DNA from: a virus
Lineage: Duplodnaviria; Caudoviricetes
Virus record (IMG/VR): IMGVR_UViG_3300044475_000311
Location: 1-25,939 of that record
Reading direction: 5' to 3' (one strand)
Length of the DNA stretch: 25,939 bases
Positions 9,527-17,300 of the stretch are shown here, piece by piece. Under the pieces are notes generated by a model. That model saw nothing but the letters and a program-made list of their open reading frames with translations. It was not told the origin of the DNA and ran no database searches. A program made the translations under genes and the position numbers. The stretch's first letter is position 1. Every line of letters begins with the position of its first letter.

Positions 9527-9578
9527 ACAGGCACAAAGAATACCAGGCGCATGAGCGTCTTTTTTTGTGCCTGTTTTT
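9527..9578 (+). terminator. Compound (nested) terminator hairpin
   Basis: Inner AGGCGC-atga-GCGTCT plus T-run. Outer ACAGGCACAAAGAA (9527-9540) pairs with TTTTTTGTGCCTGT (9561-9574) and is followed by more Ts. Confidence 0.75.
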
Positions 9579-9589
9579 AGGATTCCATC

Positions 9590-10183
9590 ATGAATGATTT
9601 CTTTATTGCAGCGAACCGTAGCTTAAGCCTTGAGATTGATGATGTCTCGCTTGAGGTTCGCCAGATCCAAATGAGCCAGTTTGACTTATGGGTGGGTGCT
9701 GCTGATGCTATTAAGAATACACTAGGAAATGTAAGCGATTATTCAGATGAAATTCTTAAGAAGGTAATTCAAAAGCATCTGATTGAATGCGTAGTGATGC
9801 TTCAACTCATCACCGATTTGGACCATCAGTCCGTATTGAAAACGGCAGAAGATCAGGACGTATTTCGACAACTTCTTAAAACTGGCCTAAAAGCCAATCA
9901 GGCATATTTCGTTGATAAAGAGCAGAAATCGAAACGACGTAAAAAGCGCACCGAAGTAAACGATCAGAGTTCAACTTGGTTTGATTCATTCCAGTTATTG
10001 GTATCGAATGGTCATAGCCATGAAAGCATTATGAATATGACCTATGGAGCATTTAAGTTCTATACGGAAGCAGTTGTGAAACGTGAAAAGCAGAGCATCA
10101 CTACTCAATCCAATATTATTCGTATGGCGCATCACGCAGCAGCGAAGCAATTTAAAAGTTTTATTGATGAATTGAAGGAATAA
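9590..10183 (+). CDS. Tail assembly chaperone (gpG- and gpT-like parts in one ORF)
   Basis: Directly after the tail tube gene. First half ends in N.AYF; second half W....LVSNGH....I..MTY resembles the usual downstream chaperone ORF. Confidence 0.7.
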   Translation: MNDFFIAANRSLSLEIDDVSLEVRQIQMSQFDLWVGAADAIKNTLGNVSDYSDEILKKVIQKHLIECVVMLQLITDLDHQSVLKTAEDQDVFRQLLKTGLKANQAYFVDKEQKSKRRKKRTEVNDQSSTWFDSFQLLVSNGHSHESIMNMTYGAFKFYTEAVVKREKQSITTQSNIIRMAHHAAAKQFKSFIDELKE

Positions 10184-10256
10184 AAAATCTTTAATTTCCT
10201 GCTATTTATTTTTACCTTTAATTAAAATATTATTCCTGAAAATTAGAGGGGATAAC

Positions 10257-11369
10257 ATGAAAAAGATAATTTTATTAGCAATAATGCTGGGGCTTGTTGG
10301 ATGTGGGGAGAATGGTTCATCTGATGTCACTTCAACTACAAACAATCAAAGCACAGAACTAACATCGAATAACATTCAACAAGCGTCTGCTCGATCAATA
10401 TCTACGTATTCAATGACAGTGCCTTTTGATGGGTGGCATTTATATAATCCAAAGGCTCTGGGAGCTTCAGCATTATATGAGGGGATTAAAGACGCACTTA
10501 CATCATCAGCTGTACTGACAGCAGATGCTTCTCAGGTAGCTAAAGTCTTAGGGAAAGGAGTTGCAGGTTATGCGCTTTCAGTAGCAGTTGAGGAGTTGCT
10601 CGGGGCTGTTGATTGGGTGTTGGATCCTGAAAATAATCGAATTAAATATACAGTTAAGCCTTTAGATCCTAAAGATCCTACTGTCCAATATTATTACTCT
10701 ACAGGTTCAAAAATGAGTAATGGCCAATCAGCATTTGGTCTAACAGCATTGCAAGCTTGTCAGAATTTGATAGCAGGTTCTACATTTATGGTAGGCAAGA
10801 CTGCTAATGCTGAGGAGATAGCAAAGTACAACGATAGATATTGCTTTTATGATAAAATTTCGATGTTTGGTAACATTTATAGAGATAAAAATCCAGCTTA
10901 TGACCCTTCCGCAAAAAAAGAAGAATATCTACCTCTAGAAACCGTTGCCCAAAAAGTAATTGAAAATGCTGATGCTGGCAGCCAAGATGCTCAAGTGGCC
11001 ACAATGGCGGCAGCCGCACAGAAACTTGCAGATGCTGCAAATGATGAAGAGATAGAGCAAGAAATTGTTGATCAGTTAGAAAATAAATCTCAATGTCCAA
11101 GTGGTATTGTTAGAAATGGTAGCTGTTGGGTTTGTGATAGATCACAATTTATGCCGATAACCAGAGCGACAAGGGATGCTAAAACTGCTGCAAGAGGAAA
11201 GAGCTGCGAATATGTAACAGATCCAGTAATTAAGGCAACTAATGCTGTTTTTTGGAGAAATTTAATAAATGCAAGAATTCAGGAAAATGCTTGTTGGTCA
11301 CCTGTTGATCCAAACCATCTTATAGAACTAAATAATAATCGAAATGCTCTAAGCCGATGCGAAAATTAA
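10257..11369 (+). CDS. Lipoprotein with inovirus pIII/TspB-like central region and Cys-rich Ntox16-like C-terminal toxin domain
   Basis: RBS GAGGGG; MKK + hydrophobic core + lipobox LVG-C16; S/T/N-rich linker; GVAGYALSVAVEELLGAVDWVLDPENNRIKY and YLPLETVAQKVIENA blocks recalled from Acinetobacter filamentous-phage TspB-like proteins; C-terminal ~90 aa with 6 Cys and an AR-x5-C-x4-DxxH-x11-C pattern. Confidence 0.7.
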   Translation: MKKIILLAIMLGLVGCGENGSSDVTSTTNNQSTELTSNNIQQASARSISTYSMTVPFDGWHLYNPKALGASALYEGIKDALTSSAVLTADASQVAKVLGKGVAGYALSVAVEELLGAVDWVLDPENNRIKYTVKPLDPKDPTVQYYYSTGSKMSNGQSAFGLTALQACQNLIAGSTFMVGKTANAEEIAKYNDRYCFYDKISMFGNIYRDKNPAYDPSAKKEEYLPLETVAQKVIENADAGSQDAQVATMAAAAQKLADAANDEEIEQEIVDQLENKSQCPSGIVRNGSCWVCDRSQFMPITRATRDAKTAARGKSCEYVTDPVIKATNAVFWRNLINARIQENACWSPVDPNHLIELNNNRNALSRCEN

Positions 11370-11371
11370 TT

Positions 11372-11902
11372 ATGAAAGTAAATACCAAAGAGCTTCTCGA
11401 AGAGATTTTCCCTCCTTTCCCATTAGGGGATAACCGCTCTCTACTTGAGTGTGATTTTTATGATACACATTATGGATATTTTGAACAAATTGATGATGAT
11501 TACTTATCTTCAATAGGAGTGTCTGCAGAAGACTTGATTCTTGAATATAACTTTGACTGGCCTGAATTTTATTTAAAAATTGGATTAGAAGCAGCTTGTT
11601 CACGTAGCAGACCGCATGAGGGGATCAAAACATGGAAAGATGTAAGTTATGAATACTTGTATTACTTTGGGCAAAACTGTAGTTATTTAAGCTCAGAGGG
11701 CTTTAAATTCTTTTTACCTGCTGCATTCTATTATTTTCTATCAACTGATGAAAATAAAACTTACATGGACTCATTCGTTTTTAGGTTGAACTCACAATGG
11801 GAAAAAGATCAACACGTTTTTGACGATGACCAAAAAAAATTTATTATTGAATTTGTAAGTGACCATTATAAAGGATATGTATCCTGGATACCTGAACTTT
11901 AA
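11372..11902 (+). CDS. Putative immunity protein, DUF6714-like
   Basis: ATG 2 nt after the upstream stop (alternative ATG at 11357 overlaps it); acidic and aromatic, no signal peptide; TW..V....L.....CSYLSSEGFKFFLPA motif recalled from DUF6714. Confidence 0.62.
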   Translation: MKVNTKELLEEIFPPFPLGDNRSLLECDFYDTHYGYFEQIDDDYLSSIGVSAEDLILEYNFDWPEFYLKIGLEAACSRSRPHEGIKTWKDVSYEYLYYFGQNCSYLSSEGFKFFLPAAFYYFLSTDENKTYMDSFVFRLNSQWEKDQHVFDDDQKKFIIEFVSDHYKGYVSWIPEL

Positions 11903-11918
11903 TAAAATTACCAGTAGT

Positions 11919-11980
11919 AGCTCAAATTTAACCTGACAGGGACACTAAAAAATGGGTAACTGTCAGATCGGGTTTGAGCT
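11919..11980. repeat. 21-bp imperfect inverted repeat / long hairpin
   Basis: AGCTCAAATTTAACCTGACAG (11919-11939) versus CTGTCAGATCGGGTTTGAGCT (11960-11980): 16 Watson-Crick pairs, 3 G-U, 2 mismatches. Confidence 0.8.
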
Positions 11981-11990
11981 GGTACAGATT

Positions 11991-12013
11991 AAAGCACCCT
12001 AGGGTGCTTTTTT
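11991..12013. terminator. Probable bidirectional terminator between convergent genes
   Basis: Perfect 20-bp palindrome AAAGCACCCTAGGGTGCTTT plus further Ts, abutting the stop codon of the minus-strand repressor. Confidence 0.85.
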
Positions 12014-12611
12014 AAATCAAGCCTTGTCTGTAAACAATTTTCCCTAATACGATTATTTCGGACTCGTTTATTGATTCTTGATCAGAATATGATTTGTTAT
12101 CTCTAACAATGTTAATCAACCCATCTTGGCTTCGATAAAGGCGAACAGCCATTTTTTCGCCATAAAAGTAAATCAAGAAGAGTCTTCCGGAAATAATATC
12201 TCTAAATGTTGTATCAACCAAAACCAAATCTCCATCCAAAAGAGTTTCCTCCATGGCATTTCCTTGGATTTTATAAACACTCAAGTCTTTGATTGGGTGG
12301 AAACGGTTTTTAGTACAAAACTCTCGAGATAAGATGATTTTATCGCCACTATCATTCCGGAAAATGACTTGTTGATCATCCTCAAGATCATTTAAATCAA
12401 GAGAACATAGGTCACTATTGCTAAAGACCTGATCGCTTATCTCAAGTGCATTTAATATTTTCATATAAGTTGATTGGCGTGGTTTAGATGAGCCAACTTC
12501 ATAATCAGAGACTTGCTTACTAGATATACCAACGCGCTTTGCAAGCTCAACTTGAGAGAGATCTCTCAAGGAGCGGAAATATTTTAAGCGGGTAGAAAAA
12601 TCATTTTGCAT
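12012..12611 (-). CDS. XRE-family HTH repressor with degenerate S24 (LexA/CI-type) C-terminal domain
   Basis: RLKYFRSLRDLSQVELAKRVGIS..QVSDYE.G.SKP helix-turn-helix; IQGNAME..L.DGDLVLVD, RDNKSY and VLGKIV of the S24 fold. Confidence 0.88.
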   Translation of the reverse strand: MQNDFSTRLKYFRSLRDLSQVELAKRVGISSKQVSDYEVGSSKPRQSTYMKILNALEISDQVFSNSDLCSLDLNDLEDDQQVIFRNDSGDKIILSREFCTKNRFHPIKDLSVYKIQGNAMEETLLDGDLVLVDTTFRDIISGRLFLIYFYGEKMAVRLYRSQDGLINIVRDNKSYSDQESINESEIIVLGKIVYRQGLI

Positions 12612-12621
12612 AGGGATCCTA

Positions 12622-12653
12622 TTTACACTTACATAAACTTATAGTAACTTACA
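12622..12653 (+). promoter_or_regulatory. Candidate promoter overlapped by three phased direct repeats
   Basis: TTTACA (12622-12627)-17 nt-TAACTT (12645-12650); ACTTA at 12627, 12637 and 12647 (10-bp period) in the divergent intergenic gap. Confidence 0.45.
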
Positions 12654-12686
12654 CAAACCAACAGAATATTATAGGAATCTATAAAT

Positions 12687-12884
12687 ATGTATACTTGCGC
12701 TTATGATGACGAATTAGCAGAGATTGTCAAGAAGGCAGCAGAAAGAGATGACAGGTCTATAAAAGGACAATTTACCTATTATTTAAAAAAGGTTTTGCGT
12801 GAAGAAGGTCTTCTGGAAAATCTAGACAATAAAAAAGCAGATTGCACTCGCCAAAGTAATCAATCTGCTTCTGTTCAACCCTAA
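12687..12884 (+). CDS. Arc-like ribbon-helix-helix DNA-binding protein
   Basis: DDELAEIVKKAAERDDRSIKGQFTYYL fits the Arc pattern (L...+...A....RS+..E/Q+...L); directly upstream of the antirepressor. Confidence 0.75.
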   Translation: MYTCAYDDELAEIVKKAAERDDRSIKGQFTYYLKKVLREEGLLENLDNKKADCTRQSNQSASVQP

Positions 12885-12901
12885 GCAAAGGAATCAAACT
12901 C
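12831..12901 (-). ncRNA. sar-like antisense RNA covering the antirepressor RBS
   Basis: Minus-strand promoter TGGAAA (12936-12931)-17-TAAACT (12913-12908) inside the ant start; minus-strand terminator AAGCAGATTG/CAATCTGCTT followed by a T-run. Confidence 0.65.
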
Positions 12902-13741
12902 ATGACAAGTTTAACTCAAATTGCAGTCCCTTTCCATAATGCCGAGCTTTATGTTGTAGAGCATAAAGGACAGCCTTACACACCATTGCGTCAAATTGTG
13001 CAGGGCATGGGATTGGATTGGGCTTCACAATTTGTGAAGATAAAACAGAAGTTTGAAAGCTGCGTTGTGGAAATCACAATGCAGATAATGGGTGATGATC
13101 AGGCACGCTCACACACATGCATCCCAGTGCGTAAGTTGACTGCTTGGCTATATTCTGTAAATCCAAACAAAGTAAAACCAGAACTCCGCGATACCGTGAT
13201 TAAGTATCAAGAGGAATGTGACGATGTGCTTTGGGATTATTGGACAAAAGGACAAGCTGTAAACCCAAGAACGACGAAAGTTGAGCGAACTCCACTTCAC
13301 GATGCACACGCAATGCTAGTTGCTAAAACCAAGCACTTAAACTCAAGTGATGCATGGAAGTTAATCCTTCAGCGATTCGATGTTAAAAGCATTAAAGAAA
13401 TTCCATACGAGGCAATTCCTGTTGCTGTGGAATATGTTCATCATTTGATTGCCATGTATAGCAATGCAGACAAGATGCAGTTGGCGGAACCATGGAAAGA
13501 CCAAGATGTGCAATTCCTAATGTGGTATGTGCCAAAAATAGCTAAGCTCATTAAAAATGAGTTTTATCCAGCATTGACGTTACTCAGAAGTGAGTATGCT
13601 GCGCAAATGATTGGGATGGCTCAAGAGATGGCTTGTCACGCAAACATACTGAATCAAGCAGCTATAAAGAATGGGATGACAACTTATAACTGTTTAGGTG
13701 GACAGGCAGTCCATACAATGAAGTGGTATTTAGAAAAGTGA
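12902..13741 (+). CDS. ant: Phage antirepressor (P22 Ant N-terminal domain)
   Basis: VPFHNAELYVVEHKGQPYTPLRQIVQGMGLDWASQF, WLYSVNPNKVKPELRDTVIKYQEECDDVLWDYWTKG. Confidence 0.92.
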   Translation: MTSLTQIAVPFHNAELYVVEHKGQPYTPLRQIVQGMGLDWASQFVKIKQKFESCVVEITMQIMGDDQARSHTCIPVRKLTAWLYSVNPNKVKPELRDTVIKYQEECDDVLWDYWTKGQAVNPRTTKVERTPLHDAHAMLVAKTKHLNSSDAWKLILQRFDVKSIKEIPYEAIPVAVEYVHHLIAMYSNADKMQLAEPWKDQDVQFLMWYVPKIAKLIKNEFYPALTLLRSEYAAQMIGMAQEMACHANILNQAAIKNGMTTYNCLGGQAVHTMKWYLEK

Positions 13742-13744
13742 ATG

Positions 13745-13767
13745 AAACCTCCTTCGGGAGGTTTTTT
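13745..13767 (+). terminator. Intrinsic terminator with UUCG loop
   Basis: AAACCTCC-TTCG-GGAGGTTT followed by TTT, immediately after the ant stop. Confidence 0.9.
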
Positions 13768-13800
13768 ATTTAGAGCTACACTTATAAGAGAGAAGTCAAA

Positions 13801-13845
13801 CCTTACAGGTGGTAATTAGCTGTTGACAGCTTACCCCCTGTAGGG
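13801..13845. repeat. Long imperfect hairpin in a non-coding gap
   Basis: CCTTACAGGTGGTAA / TTACCCCCTGTAGGG outer arms with inner GCTGT-tg-ACAGC. Confidence 0.7.
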
Positions 13846-13886
13846 ATTTTAAAACCTATTGACAACTTTTAAGATTTAACCAAGCG

Positions 13887-13914
13887 AAGCCGACCCTAAC
13901 AAGTCGGCTTTTTT
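13887..13914 (+). terminator. Intrinsic terminator not preceded by an ORF
   Basis: AAGCCGAC-cctaacaa-GTCGGCTT-TTTT. Confidence 0.8.
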
Positions 13915-14032
13915 AATGCCTGATGGAAACCGGGCCGGAGGAATTAAACGTCAAGATTTCAGAAAATGAAAAATAATCGGAAGTACTTCCGCCTGATTTT
14001 TTAGTTAGAAATTAATTAAAGTTCAGAAAAGC

Positions 14033-14106
14033 AAAAACCCCAGTGCGCCAACACTGAGGTTTTGGATTAACAGTTAAGGTGGATCAACTATTAATGAATC
14101 AAGTAG
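14033..14106 (-). ncRNA. Putative antisense RNA to the small membrane-peptide mRNA
   Basis: Minus-strand extended -10 TGtTACTAT (14121-14113); two hairpins (14034-14063, 14066-14095), each with a C-A mismatch on + that becomes a G-U pair on -; ends in a T-run. Confidence 0.55.
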
Positions 14107-14276
14107 ATGAAAATAGTAACATTAAACCCGGTATCAGTATAGAGGGAAAAATGAGCGCAAAAGATGCAGGTAGGGCAGCTATTATTATGGCGTGGGGAAA
14201 ATCCATATCCCTTGTTGTTAGTAGTATTGCTGGAGCGATAACTGCCATTACAGCTTTTATTAAATACATTTTGTGA
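14094..14276 (+). CDS. Small membrane protein (60 aa; alternative start 14151 gives 41 aa)
   Basis: AAGGTGG before ATG 14094 and GAGGG before ATG 14151; single C-terminal hydrophobic helix ISLVVSSIAGAITAITAFIKYIL. Confidence 0.65.
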   Translation: MNQVDENSNIKPGISIEGKMSAKDAGRAAIIMAWGKSISLVVSSIAGAITAITAFIKYIL

Positions 14277-14297
14277 ATGTTATGAAATTAAATTTAT

Positions 14298-14325
14298 AAA
14301 CCGTCCCATTGGAGGACGGTTTTTT
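14298..14325 (+). terminator. Intrinsic terminator (copy 1 of a 30-bp direct repeat)
   Basis: AAACCGTCC-cattgga-GGACGGTTT-TTT. Confidence 0.85.
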
Positions 14326-14344
14326 ATTGTCTGGAGTAATGTAA

Positions 14345-17300
14345 ATGGCTGGCAGTTTAGATTTCAACTTGAACTTATTGGCCAATACCACAGGCTTCAA
14401 TCAGGGAATGAATGGGGCAAAATTCGCTGTAAATGCACTTGTTGGTGCGATGGCGGCTCTGGGTGTTGGTTTAGGGATTAATGAATTAGTTCAAGCGGCT
14501 GATAGCTACACAAACCTTTCAACACGAATCAATATTGCTACCCGAGAGGGTGGGAATTTTAACGAGGCAATGGCTGGTGTCCATCAAGTTGCCCTGATGA
14601 CTAATTCAAGTCTTGAGGCCACAGGCAGTCTATTCACTCGTATCAATACGATTGGTAAAGACATGGGAATGTCTCAGCAACAAGCTTTGGATTTAACCAA
14701 GACTGTTACTCAGGCAATTCAAATTGGTGGTGGATCAGCTCAAGCAAGTGAAGCGGCTGTACAGCAATTTATTCAAGCTATGCAGGGTGGCGTACTTCGT
14801 GGTGAAGAGTTTAACTCCATCATGGAAAACGGCTATGGGCTTGCTGAAGCATTAGCGAAGGGTTTAGGAGTTACTACAGGCGAACTCCGTAAGATGGCTG
14901 AAAATGGAGAGCTTTCATCAGAGCGAGTCATTAAGGCTATTCAGTCTCAATCTGCATCGATCCAAGAAACGTACAACCAGTTCCCAACAACGATTTCCAA
15001 TGCTTTGCAAAAGATCGCTACTTCTTGGCAGATCTTGATTGGTGAAATGGATCAGGCAAATGGAGCGTCGGCTACTGTAGCGCAATGGCTGTCTACTCTT
15101 GCGGATAATTTAGATGTTGTTGAGGTGCTGCTTAATGATCTTGGGACTGGATTTGTCTGGTTTGGGGATCAGCTTAAGAAGATAGACCCAGCCACAATTG
15201 AGGCCTTAAAAACAGCATTACTTTCAGCATATGATGCCATTAAGTCTTTAGGTTCAATGCTTGCTGATGCTTTTGAGCGTGGTGTAGATGTAATTAATAC
15301 CATGCTAGGGCAAATATTTAATTTTTCTAGTGGTATTGATTCTGTTACTGATAAAACCAACGGGCTCACCAAGGCATTACAAGCTGTCAATGTGGTTTTT
15401 GGGTTTTTGAGTGATGGTTTTAACGGTCTAAATATTGGTATCAATTTAATTGTTGGTGCTGCTTATGATGCCGCTGCAGCCTTTAGTTATTGGAAATCAA
15501 AAATCACTTTTGGTGAAACATCAGCGCAAGCTTTAAAAGATTTTGAGGTGATGAGCGTAAAGGCTCAGGAGTATTATAAAAAATCAGCTGATGGGGCGAT
15601 GGAGTTTAAGTCTGCTGGAATTGAGGCGATAAGACAAATTGGGTTAACCCAAGAACAGAAGAATGATGAGAGTGTTGCGAATAATCAGAAAACTCTAAAT
15701 GACCTTAAAGCCCAAGAGGAAAAACATAAGTCTGATTACAAAGCTATCAGTGATGAGCGTCTTCGCTTAGAGCAGCAATTATTTGATGCTCGTAAGTCTG
15801 GTAACCAAGCATCTATTGATCTGGCTACGAAAGGCTTGGCTGAACTGGATGCCAAGGAAAAGGCATATCAAGCTGAAAGCCAAAAAATCACTGATGCCAA
15901 GATTGAGTCAGCACAAGCAATTGCTACAGCAATGATTCAATCAGCTGATGCTGCTGGTATGGCTCAACTGAAAGTTCTGAATGCTCAACTTGCTACCCAG
16001 GGCTTAAAAGCGGAGTTTGATAGCACTGGCAAGGTCATCGTTAGTGCGATGACAATCAGTGTTGAGTCTGTTGCCTCCTTGGAGGGAAAGTTGGCGGCAG
16101 GGCGTAAGGCAGCCAATGCCTTGGGTCTGGATTTAGATAATATCTTGAATCGTGTCTCAGATGGATTTTCTTCTAAGCAAACATCGCTTGATGGTTTTGC
16201 AAAAAGCCTAGAGTTGATGGGTGTTAAAGGTAAGGAGGCGGGTGAGGCAACGTATTTGGCTTGGGTTAAATGGCTGGAAACTGCTAAGAATCCGGCTGAG
16301 GTGGATGCAGCCAAAGCTAAACTTTTAGAGTTTGAGAAGCAGGGTGTTTTTTCCACTAAGCAAGTAGAACTTGGTGTGGAGGCTATTCGCCGTGTTACTC
16401 AGCAATTACCTGATGACCTTGATCCTGTTGAGCAAGCTTTTGAGCGTTTAGGTATTAAAACCAAGGAGCAACTTAAACTTGCTGCCCAGTCAGCCTTAGC
16501 AGATTTCAATACGATTCAATCAAGCGGCAAAGCTACTGCTGATCAGTTGAAACAAGCTTATGAACGGACAATGCAAGCTGCAGTTGCTTCTGGGGATCAA
16601 GTAACCATATCGGCAGCTAAAGCTAAAGCGGCTCAGTCTGGGTTGAATGTTGAGGTTGATGAAACAGGGAATGTGGTTGTACAGACTTATGATGAAATGA
16701 ATAGAGCTGTGGAAAGCCATTCTCAGCGGGTCTCAGGTAGTGCTATTAGTGCCTACCGTGAGATGGGACGAGCAATTCGTGAAGAAGCCAAAAGCTCAAT
16801 CGAAGCATGGAACGAGATGATGGATGCTCGATCCAAGGCCGAGAAAGAGAATAAGACACAGCGTGTTGGCGCTGATTTCACTTCATATAACATTGCTGAC
16901 ATTCAATCTAAATTGACAAGCATGGGATATGACGATGCAGAAGCAGCTAAACTTGCAAAAAACATTCTGAATCAAGGCTTAGAGATTGACAAGAATAAGG
17001 CGCGTGATGCGAGAAACACGGGTGGTCTATATGGTGATTACAATGCCAAGGCATTTGAAAAATTAATAGCTCAAGGGCAAACCTCAGCATTCGGTACCAA
17101 GAAAGTAGAAGAGCTCTTGGCGCGATATATGTCAGGTCAAGGATCTGCAACAGCAGGTACCAAGAGTGCAGCTGTTAATGCTCTGGCACCCGAAGTGAAT
17201 GTGGCGGTACCGACAGCTACTGTAGAGCAGCCATCAGCCAAAACTGTGACCTATAACCTTTCAATTGGTGGGAAAACGGTAGAGGTATCAGGGGATGAGT

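Noticed and set aside
10184-10256. Sigma70 promoter for the toxin cassette
   Set aside because: TAAAAT at 10223-10228 is a plausible -10, but there is no convincing -35 and the DNA is very AT-rich; not called.
11931-13809. ACCTGACAGG (11931) versus ACCTTACAGG (13800) as paired recombination sites
   Set aside because: Only 9/10 bp match and the surrounding hairpins differ; likely chance.
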